From: an uncultured virus (IMG/VR IMGVR_UViG_3300030329_003775)
Taxonomy: Duplodnaviria; Heunggongvirae; Uroviricota; Caudoviricetes
Virus record (IMG/VR): IMGVR_UViG_3300030329_003775
Direction: 5' to 3' (one strand)
DNA: 20,000 bases
Positions 7,488-14,947 of this stretch are shown here, one piece after another. Made by a program: the position numbers and the translations under genes. Numbering within the stretch: position 1 is the stretch's first letter; each line of letters begins with the position of its first letter. The notes under the pieces were generated by a model. The model did no database searches. It was not told where the DNA came from and was given only the letters and a program-made list of their open reading frames with translations.

Positions 7488-7771
7488 GACAACACAAGCT
7501 AGAGACCGGCAGCTCCCTCCGGGTGAAGATGTATTATGAGAAGCGGGGCATACCGGGGGAGTGGGACTCGGAAAGAGTGCAAAGACTATGCAAGTTCTTG
7601 AAGTTATCTGAGTACGAATTAGCAACCATGTTCTGCATAGAGTACAAGCTAATGAGAACTTGGATGAGGGCCGACAGGTTCCCTCCCTACGTTGCACTTC
7701 ACTTTTCGTTGCTAGAGAACTGGCTTGCTCACGAAAGCATATCCGATCAGGAACCAGTTGTGCCCCTCTAG
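7484..7771 (+). CDS. Putative Cro/XRE-like HTH protein (CTG 7484 proposed; alternatives GTG 7523, ATG 7529)
   Basis: VQRLCKFLKLSEYELATMFCIEYKLMRTWMRADRFP resembles a Cro/C1 HTH; frame is open back to a CTGA overlap with the upstream stop. Confidence 0.5.
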   Translation: MRQHKLETGSSLRVKMYYEKRGIPGEWDSERVQRLCKFLKLSEYELATMFCIEYKLMRTWMRADRFPPYVALHFSLLENWLAHESISDQEPVVPL

Positions 7772-7810
7772 TGAGCGGCAAAAATATTTGCTAATCAGAA
7801 TACGCCAAAA

Positions 7811-10081
7811 ATGATCGACTACGAAATTCTCAAGGAGGCAGGCACTACTAACGAGCGCTTGCGGGAGCTTCTTACCAACCAAGACCCATCCAGTGATGAT
7901 GGCAAGATGAGGATGAAGATCGAGGACCTTATAGGTTCTAGGGTCACCGAGCACATCACCTTCGCCCTCAAGAACCACCACCTGTATAGCTCTGTCGATC
8001 TCGCTTGGGACTCAAGCCCCATCAACAAGTCCACCATCCCATTGATTCTTTATGCGCAGAAGCGCATCGATATTAACTCATGCCTTGAGGACCTTGATAA
8101 GAACAAGTCTATCAAGAAGTATGTAAAGCGAGATGACACTGGTAAAGTCACAGACATAGACCTACCCAAGTTCTTTGAAGTCAACGTCAACATGGTTCGC
8201 TCATTTGTGACACGCCGCCTTGCGGCCCAGGTCAACAAGTACAACAACCTTTACCCTTTCTTTAAGTACGACAGCCGCACAACCGGACAGGTTGGGAAGC
8301 TGCGTGCGGACGCCTTGAGTCAGCGCATGGACATCATGGCTGACCAGTACGACTACCGACACTTCCAGACCCAAGCCATGCGGGACATGTTCCTGTATGG
8401 ACATAGTGTCGCGTTCCCGAGGGCATCATGGGAGAGGGAGATCCATTGGGAGAAGGACCCCGTCGCTGAAGAGTTCAAGGTAGGAGGCAGATGGACAGGG
8501 AAGATTCCCAAGAGGTCCAAGGTAACGAAGGAGGGCGTTGGCTGGGTGCTGCCCCACCCATCGCGGGTCTTCTGGGACAATGCCTACCCACTAACCAGCA
8601 TTAACACGGACTCTGGCGCGGAATACATTGGGTTTTGGGACGTGAAGCGCTACGGAGATATCGCAGACAACCCTGACTTCTTTAACCGTGATGAAGTGGG
8701 CTACGGCGCTGGCTCCAGCAATACCTTTGCTGCATTCAGCAACTACTTCAGTCAGTACTACACCAAGGTCTCGCCTCCTACTACTTTCAATGATCTTTCA
8801 GGGCACAACGAAAGGCTGACCAATACCGGCAAGTACTCTGGCCAGATGCGTGACGCCTCTGTTTTTGTTGGCGAGTACTACGCCAAGCTGGTCCCGAAGG
8901 ACTACAACATAGGAACATACCCGCACCCCATATGGGTACACTTCAAGCTGGCCGGTGACTCCACTGTGATCTTTGCTGAGATCATGCCAAGCACCCCGGC
9001 TGCAGTGTTCTCCTTCAACGAGAATGACTCACGGCTGGCGAATCTCTCCATAGCTCATGAGATGATGCCGTATCAGGATCAGCTCACCAACCTGTTCTCC
9101 CAGATGCTCGAGACCACAAAGGCCGACCTGTTCTCGGTGGCCGTGGTCAACTCAGACATCTTTCCGGACACCGACGAGGGGCGAAAGGTCCTTGATGATT
9201 TTCGGAAAACCATGAGCGGGGAGAACTTCTATGCCACCACGAATGTCCTTGAAGCCAGCTTCCAGAAACTCAGGGACATAGGCATCGACACCAAGGCGGA
9301 CAACATTTTCAAGGTGGTTAGAAGCTCACCAAGCACGTCCATCACCACGGTCTTTCAAGCTATTAACAACCTGATTGGCATGGCGGAAAGGCTCATGGCC
9401 TTGTCCCCGCAGGAGCAAGGGCAACCGGCCCCAAGGGAAACCTCAGCAACTGAGGTGGCCATCATCAATCAAACCACGGAGTCCGTTTACAATTTTATTT
9501 CCGAGTCCATCGATGAGGGCAGGGGGGCCATGAAGCGTATCTGCTATGAGTCTCTTATATCTCTAGGCTCCAAGGAAGTTTATCTCCCAGTCGTCAATCG
9601 ATACACCACGGACATCATTGAAAGGGCGGGCTTCAGGTTTGTGCCAGACGAGGACGAGGCCATGAACAGCATCGGCAGTCGCCGCACAATCGTAGGCACT
9701 GTATCCAACCTGATGCATGACTATGTGTTTAGTAGCCGTGACGGCGCTGAGAGAACCATTAACTCGCAGTCCGCACAGACCTTGGTGCAGCTGCTTGGCA
9801 TCTTGATGCAGCCAGCATTCCTTCCCTCCATTGAGAAAGCAAAGCTTTACGAGATCATCAACGAAGTGTTCAGGCTCTCCGGGGCCACAGACCTCAAGCT
9901 GACAGTGAGCCCCGGAGAGGAAGGGGCCTCGGCATCCACAGATCCCGAGACGCAGAAGATGTTATCCACCCTGGCCCAGGCTATTCAGGAAAACTCCGCC
10001 GCTATTGAGCAGTTAGGAGGGGCAGCACAGCCGCCACAACCACAACCACAACCACAACCACAACCCACAATACAAGTATGA
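7811..10081 (+). CDS. Probable portal protein, 756 aa
   Basis: Size and position between terL and scaffold/capsid; 'RDMFLYG', 'HPSRVFWD', 'TSATEV' portal-like motifs; Q/P-rich tail. Confidence 0.75.
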   Translation: MIDYEILKEAGTTNERLRELLTNQDPSSDDGKMRMKIEDLIGSRVTEHITFALKNHHLYSSVDLAWDSSPINKSTIPLILYAQKRIDINSCLEDLDKNKSIKKYVKRDDTGKVTDIDLPKFFEVNVNMVRSFVTRRLAAQVNKYNNLYPFFKYDSRTTGQVGKLRADALSQRMDIMADQYDYRHFQTQAMRDMFLYGHSVAFPRASWEREIHWEKDPVAEEFKVGGRWTGKIPKRSKVTKEGVGWVLPHPSRVFWDNAYPLTSINTDSGAEYIGFWDVKRYGDIADNPDFFNRDEVGYGAGSSNTFAAFSNYFSQYYTKVSPPTTFNDLSGHNERLTNTGKYSGQMRDASVFVGEYYAKLVPKDYNIGTYPHPIWVHFKLAGDSTVIFAEIMPSTPAAVFSFNENDSRLANLSIAHEMMPYQDQLTNLFSQMLETTKADLFSVAVVNSDIFPDTDEGRKVLDDFRKTMSGENFYATTNVLEASFQKLRDIGIDTKADNIFKVVRSSPSTSITTVFQAINNLIGMAERLMALSPQEQGQPAPRETSATEVAIINQTTESVYNFISESIDEGRGAMKRICYESLISLGSKEVYLPVVNRYTTDIIERAGFRFVPDEDEAMNSIGSRRTIVGTVSNLMHDYVFSSRDGAERTINSQSAQTLVQLLGILMQPAFLPSIEKAKLYEIINEVFRLSGATDLKLTVSPGEEGASASTDPETQKMLSTLAQAIQENSAAIEQLGGAAQPPQPQPQPQPQPTIQV
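10034..10070 (+). repeat. (CCACAA)5 microsatellite plus one offset copy, encoding PQPQPQPQPQ
   Basis: Five perfect copies 10034-10063, sixth copy 10065-10070. Confidence 0.95.
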
Positions 10082-11547
10082 GCGAAGAACAGGCCTCTCA
10101 AGAGGCAGTAGCTGAGACAATCCCGCAACAACAGCAAGAACCCGTTCAGGTAGTTCAAACACGGGAGGCTTCGCCGCCCGAAATTCCATCCGACGACCCC
10201 ATTGAGGATGAGAGCGGACTGCAGGATATGATGGTGAAGCGACTCTATGAGGACATGGGTGTCCTTGTTAAAGATGAGGAAGCTCCAGTTGCCTCACCTC
10301 AACCAGAAGAGAAGGCTGAGGTGACGGAAGAGCCAGAAGCCGAAGAGACAGAGAAGGAGGAGGCCGCTGCAGAGGAGGTGCCGAAAGCGAAGAGGCGCAC
10401 TGTTGTAAAAGAGAGGGACACCGCTCAGGAGCTCATTGAAAGCTTGTCCGAGGTTCTTGCTGAGAAGAAAAAAACTGAAGAGCTTCCTGTTCCTCCAGAC
10501 CCTGAGCCAGTTGACGATGAGGCTGGCCTTATGGATGAGCAGCGCTTGGAGCTAGAGCTCGCGAGCTACGCGGAGCAAAAGATGCCAGACAAGTACAGTG
10601 GCATGCGCGGCAAGATGCTCTCCTTCTACAAAGAACTTGATGAGTGGGTGGGCAATAAGCAAGCAGAGGACCCTGAGTTTAACGCCGAAAATAACTTCGA
10701 GGAAATCAATGAATGGGTGGAGGCCAAGAAGCCAGCCTTAAGCAAGGTTGACGAGAAGAAGCTGGAGAGGCAGCTGATACGTGAGCAGGCCATCGCTGAA
10801 TTCAAGAGCGAAAGCGAATCCAAGTTCAGGGATCTTGAGCTCAAGACCAAGGCCATCGAGGCCAAGCCAAAGATCGAGAAGGACATGGCCGCATTTACTA
10901 GCTCAATACTCTCCATGGAGGGCTTTGATGCTGCTGAATTGCTCAAGGAAGGGAAGACTAAGGAGGCCATGGAGAAGCACCCCATGCAGGCACAGGTTGC
11001 CTCTCAAGTCTTGGGTCAGGTTGAGGAAGTCTATCGGGACTACTTGGCATACGACAATGGCTTGGAGGAATGGGGAGACAGCAAGGACACTCACAGGTGG
11101 CTAAACAGATTCCTCACGGAGCAAGGGGACTTTCTCTACAGAAGCGGGGGAGACAACTCTGTCAGGGGAGGCAAGGAGTTTCTTCCGGTCACAGAGTTCA
11201 ACAAGAGATACCAGTCAGACCCCGCCAAGACGGACTCTAGGTACTGGACCTTTGATCGCCACGACGTCAGGGAACTGCTGGCAGTTGCTGCCCAACAGCA
11301 AATAAAAACTTCGATTAAAGGGATGGAAGACCAGATAGAGCAGTACGGATATTCTAGGCAGCCAGCTCAGTCCGAAGATAAGCGGACTAGGGCCGAAGAT
11401 CCAGAGCCCGTTAAGGCTCCGAAGTCCACAGTGACCCCATCACCCGGCTCCGCCGAAAGCCAAGGAGGCGACACCCCCAACAGCGCCGGGGCGGACATTG
11501 TTAGCACTCTGGGGCTGAGGGATAAATTCCCAGATTTCTTGGAATAG
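10078..11547 (+). CDS. Probable capsid scaffolding protein, 489 aa
   Basis: ATGA overlap with the portal; very E/K/P-rich, disordered N-terminus and coiled-coil segments; directly upstream of the capsid gene. Confidence 0.6.
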   Translation: MSEEQASQEAVAETIPQQQQEPVQVVQTREASPPEIPSDDPIEDESGLQDMMVKRLYEDMGVLVKDEEAPVASPQPEEKAEVTEEPEAEETEKEEAAAEEVPKAKRRTVVKERDTAQELIESLSEVLAEKKKTEELPVPPDPEPVDDEAGLMDEQRLELELASYAEQKMPDKYSGMRGKMLSFYKELDEWVGNKQAEDPEFNAENNFEEINEWVEAKKPALSKVDEKKLERQLIREQAIAEFKSESESKFRDLELKTKAIEAKPKIEKDMAAFTSSILSMEGFDAAELLKEGKTKEAMEKHPMQAQVASQVLGQVEEVYRDYLAYDNGLEEWGDSKDTHRWLNRFLTEQGDFLYRSGGDNSVRGGKEFLPVTEFNKRYQSDPAKTDSRYWTFDRHDVRELLAVAAQQQIKTSIKGMEDQIEQYGYSRQPAQSEDKRTRAEDPEPVKAPKSTVTPSPGSAESQGGDTPNSAGADIVSTLGLRDKFPDFLE

Positions 11548-11588
11548 ATTTTGCCGTGGCATTGCGGTGGCGGTAAATCAACTTTTAG

Positions 11589-11626
11589 CTGCGACATGCA
11601 TGTATACCCTTATATTGGGGTATATG
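11589..11626 (+). promoter_or_regulatory. Candidate promoter (CTGCGA-N16-TATATT) and hairpin TATACCC-N8-GGGTATA covering the capsid start
   Basis: Stem 11603-11609 pairs with 11618-11624 (includes the A of ATG); the same motif spacing recurs at 13819-13846. Confidence 0.45.
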
Positions 11627-13285
11627 GCAACTACGTTTCCTACTAACAACTGTGATCCGCGACTGATTGTTGTGGACGATTCAACTGGCTGCACGCTCAC
11701 CCGTGCAAATATCAAGGCTTTCACTCGCCAAGACTTCGAGGACCAAGGGTTCAAGGAGGTTGGGATGGATCGCATTATCGCGCAGACTAAAGAGGCTCGC
11801 CTCGCTGGTGTGCGGGAGCGGACCCTGACTGATCTTCTTCTCTCTCGTCACGTTGCTCTTCGCGAGACTGCGGGCGGCGGAAGCAAGTCGATCATTGCCC
11901 CGTACACGCTGGTTCCCCGGCGGAACGTGGTGAATGCGAGCTACTTCCTTATTGAGGCTGGCGCTGCCAACTCGAACGCTGGCTCTGGAACCAACCATGC
12001 TGGCCTGCGGGACATCACCGTGAATACCGGCGTGTCCACGTTCAAGTCAGCCCTGAAGTCTCTGGAAAAATACTTCCTGCCCGGAGGTATGCTTCTTGTC
12101 GAGAATGTGGACGGCAGCGGAAACGCTCAAACGGTCCAGTTCAAGATCATCTCTGCCGCCAATGCGAACGCGGGCGGCGTGGAGAAGGCGACTGTGGTTA
12201 TCGAGCCGAATGTCACCAGCGCCACATGGAGTGGCTACAGTGCGGCCCAAAAGGCCGTCTTTGAGCCCACTGGCGGCACGGTGATGCTGATGGCCAACAG
12301 TGTGTCGGACTATGAGTCCCATTGCCAACAGCCGCCAGCGGTGAATGACCTCACCCTGCTTGAGTACTGGCAGCAAACGACTCGCTGGACACACCAGTTC
12401 AATGACGAATACTTGAAGGCTCTGGAGGCTCCGCTTACCAGCAACTTCTTCAAGAAGTTCCGCCAGCTTCCGCTCGCGCAACAGCGCAAGCAGCAGGAAA
12501 TGCTGATGGAGCAGCAGTTCTACAACACTGTCTTCTACGGTCAGGAGATCAATGAGAACCAGACCGTTGAGGGTTACGCCACTCTGCCGCAGGTCATGGA
12601 CCCGGCCAATACGTCCTGTGCCCTTGAGTTCAAGGCTAACACGCTCGGCATTCGCACCCAGCTCGCTCGATGCGGCAAGGTCAGCGACAAGGCCGGAGCA
12701 GCCCTGAACATGGACACAATCATGGAGACCTGCTACTTGCTGAAGCGCTACCGCGAAACCACGAGTGGCACAGTTGATGTGATCGACTGCATGACAGACC
12801 GCTTCACGGCGGCCAAGATCCGCGACCTGATGAACCGCTACTACGCGGCCAAGTACAACACGAACAGCATGTTGTACGTTCAGCCCGGTCAGAAGATCAC
12901 TTACAACGGCGCAACCGTCCTCGAGTACAACGTCTACGATCTTCCGGATCAGGGCGTGCAGCTCGCGGTCTTTACTGATCCATACTTCGATGACCGGATT
13001 GGTGCATTTGACACCGCCAATAAGTCCCGCTCGCGTGGCTTGTGGTTCATCGACTGGACAGACGTTGCGATCAACGTGATTCGTACCAACAGCGCCAAGC
13101 GCCAAACAAACACGGCTGACTCACTCTATAACTGCGTGATCACGCCGAATGTGAACCACTACTTGCTGAACTCCAAGACCTTCGAGGTCCGGGTCGGTGA
13201 TACAAACCGTCACGCTCTTATTGAGAACTTCTCGGATGCGTGCCCGACGATCACCGCCACAGCATGTGCGGTAACCACGAGCTAA
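11624..13285 (+). CDS. Probable major capsid protein, 553 aa (start re-placed from GTG 11567 to ATG 11624)
   Basis: Follows portal and scaffold; A/T/N/G-rich; strong codon bias typical of high expression; followed by strong hairpins. No diagnostic motif, so the call is from gene order and composition. Confidence 0.75.
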   Translation: MATTFPTNNCDPRLIVVDDSTGCTLTRANIKAFTRQDFEDQGFKEVGMDRIIAQTKEARLAGVRERTLTDLLLSRHVALRETAGGGSKSIIAPYTLVPRRNVVNASYFLIEAGAANSNAGSGTNHAGLRDITVNTGVSTFKSALKSLEKYFLPGGMLLVENVDGSGNAQTVQFKIISAANANAGGVEKATVVIEPNVTSATWSGYSAAQKAVFEPTGGTVMLMANSVSDYESHCQQPPAVNDLTLLEYWQQTTRWTHQFNDEYLKALEAPLTSNFFKKFRQLPLAQQRKQQEMLMEQQFYNTVFYGQEINENQTVEGYATLPQVMDPANTSCALEFKANTLGIRTQLARCGKVSDKAGAALNMDTIMETCYLLKRYRETTSGTVDVIDCMTDRFTAAKIRDLMNRYYAAKYNTNSMLYVQPGQKITYNGATVLEYNVYDLPDQGVQLAVFTDPYFDDRIGAFDTANKSRSRGLWFIDWTDVAINVIRTNSAKRQTNTADSLYNCVITPNVNHYLLNSKTFEVRVGDTNRHALIENFSDACPTITATACAVTTS

Positions 13286-13306
13286 TCTAGCCTAGTGGGG
13301 GTGGAC

Positions 13307-13331
13307 CCCGCAATTCGCCTCGAGTTGCGGG
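13307..13331 (+). other. 11-bp stem-loop downstream of the capsid gene
   Basis: CCCGCAATTCG-CCT-CGAGTTGCGGG (one G.U pair). Confidence 0.75.
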
Positions 13332-13345
13332 CTTAGGTAAACAGT

Positions 13346-13371
13346 CGGGGGAGGGGTGAAACCCTCCCCCG
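13346..13371 (+). terminator. GC-rich 10-bp stem-loop (terminator-like or mRNA stabiliser; no U-tract)
   Basis: CGGGGGAGGG-GTGAAA-CCCTCCCCCG perfect stem, 61 nt after the capsid stop. Confidence 0.5.
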
Positions 13372-13388
13372 CTACCATATACAGACTT

Positions 13389-13817
13389 ATGGCCACAAAA
13401 TACTACACTGCAAAAAACTGCAACCGAAAGATTGCAGGCGACAAGCATGAATACCCTTTCGAGCCCTATATGCTGACCGGAGGCGTCTGGTGGGGGCTGT
13501 ACTCCACAAGCAATAAGTCAGAGCAAAAGGAACTGACTAAAGTTGGTGGGGTTACTGAGATGACTAAAGAGGAATACGAGGCTGAGAATAAAAAAAAACA
13601 AGTCCCGTCAGGAGAATTCAATCCCTTACCAACTCTTTCCAGCGCCAAGCAGAGCCAGCAACTGCTCACAGTGGTGGAGGATGTGGGGCCTGTGCAGAGC
13701 GTGCTCAAGTCTTCTGGGGAAGCTAAAGCTGCTGCTGAAGCCAAAGCAAAAGAGGTCTCGGTAGACACCGTTCTAGAGGTTGCGCCCACTGACAGGATTT
13801 CCAAACGCAAGAAATAG
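13389..13817 (+). CDS. Hypothetical protein, 142 aa (start re-placed to ATG 13389)
   Basis: GTG 13356 lies in the hairpin loop; folded-looking N-half and low-complexity K/A/E C-half, typical of genes following a capsid gene. Confidence 0.7.
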   Translation: MATKYYTAKNCNRKIAGDKHEYPFEPYMLTGGVWWGLYSTSNKSEQKELTKVGGVTEMTKEEYEAENKKKQVPSGEFNPLPTLSSAKQSQQLLTVVEDVGPVQSVLKSSGEAKAAAEAKAKEVSVDTVLEVAPTDRISKRKK

Positions 13818-13818
13818 C

Positions 13819-13846
13819 TTGCGACCCGGTGGGGATACACTAAATT
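13819..13846 (+). promoter_or_regulatory. Candidate promoter TTGCGA-N16-TAAATT just upstream of ATG 13856
   Basis: Same TGCGAC-N15-TAwATT spacing as upstream of the capsid gene. Confidence 0.4.
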
Positions 13847-13855
13847 CAATGTATA

Positions 13856-14641
13856 ATGACGTGGTCTGAATTCAAGTCCGCTGTTCGGACATATCTCACC
13901 GTTGACGGGGCTAGGCTAAACGTACAGGACTACATCGACAGGGCCATATTAACTGGCGTCATAGAAGTCCAGTCCTACATTCCTTATTACCGAATCCACA
14001 AAACGGTAATATTCAGTCAGAACGGAACCATCAAGGACAGTGAGCCTGTAACCAACGACAACCTTGGCAGCTCTGGCATTCTTGAAGGGGACGTGAGAAT
14101 CACGGATGCCTATTTTGTTGACGGCACAGCCGACTACGACTGGCCTGACGACCAGAATCAGCCCAATGACGAGAACTGTGAGTGCTACAGGGTTCCCTTA
14201 ACACAGTGGCCATGGGCCAACCGGAATGACCTTCTGTGTGGTTACGCAAAGGATCACCACGCGATAGCGATACACCCTAACGGGGTTAACTTTATTGTTT
14301 ACCCTCAGGTAACGTCCACTGACAAACTCGAAGTCCACTATCAGTCGATAGACAGGGCATTCACAAACACTGACACGGTCCCATTCAGTGACGAGGAAGT
14401 CATTATGGCTGTCGCGGAGTATGTGAAAGCCAAGCTGGCTAGGGAGGTTGACCGGGATCTCCCTCTTCACAATAGCTATATCACCTCTTATATGGCGATG
14501 AGGAGGAACATCTACATAGACACAAGGGACCGTAAGCGCGTCCTTTGGACCACGGCCTCCCCGCTTTCAGAGGCGGCAATGCAGCAACCTAACAAGGCCT
14601 GCGAAGCAAGTGAAACCACTACTACATCCAACTGCAGCTAA
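13856..14641 (+). CDS. Probable head-tail adaptor / connector protein, 261 aa
   Basis: N-terminal MTWSEFKSAVRTYL helix, central 'IVYP...LEVHY', C-terminal helices, and position after the capsid gene resemble phage adaptor proteins. Confidence 0.55.
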   Translation: MTWSEFKSAVRTYLTVDGARLNVQDYIDRAILTGVIEVQSYIPYYRIHKTVIFSQNGTIKDSEPVTNDNLGSSGILEGDVRITDAYFVDGTADYDWPDDQNQPNDENCECYRVPLTQWPWANRNDLLCGYAKDHHAIAIHPNGVNFIVYPQVTSTDKLEVHYQSIDRAFTNTDTVPFSDEEVIMAVAEYVKAKLAREVDRDLPLHNSYITSYMAMRRNIYIDTRDRKRVLWTTASPLSEAAMQQPNKACEASETTTTSNCS

Positions 14642-14946
14642 TGTCAGCAAACATAATTGTCAGCAACGATGCGTCAAACGGGACCCCAAATGTTCCGGAC
14701 GCCTTCTCGCAGCCCAAGTGGAAGCACTACATCTGGAGGCGCAACGGCTCAGGCTCAAATGTAAACCTGTATCTATGGGATGACACAGCCGCCTCCGATG
14801 CAACCCTGCTTAAGTGGAAGACCCTGCCCAGTTTCGTGACCTACGACCTTGGTAATTATGCAGATGATGCGGCAGCGTCCACTGGAGGGGTCCAGGTGGG
14901 AGGCCTCTATCACACCAGCGGTACGGTCAAGGTGCGGCTAACTTAA
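14641..14946 (+). CDS. Short virion protein sharing its N-terminal ~67 aa with the downstream fibre
   Basis: TAATG overlap; clear paralogy with the 14948 N-terminus; C-terminal YADDAAA..GGV.VGGLY motif. Confidence 0.75.
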   Translation: MSANIIVSNDASNGTPNVPDAFSQPKWKHYIWRRNGSGSNVNLYLWDDTAASDATLLKWKTLPSFVTYDLGNYADDAAASTGGVQVGGLYHTSGTVKVRLT

Positions 14947-14947
14947 C

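Noticed and set aside
11567..11623. GTG-initiated extension of the capsid protein
   Set aside because: Runs through a structured, promoter-like spacer; composition unlike the rest of the protein
12047..13105. 352-aa minus-strand ORF
   Set aside because: Lies wholly antisense to the capsid gene; explained by strong codon bias; no recognisable motifs
13286..13388. tRNA gene in the post-capsid spacer
   Set aside because: No cloverleaf, no T-loop GTTC motif in a suitable stem and no acceptor stem
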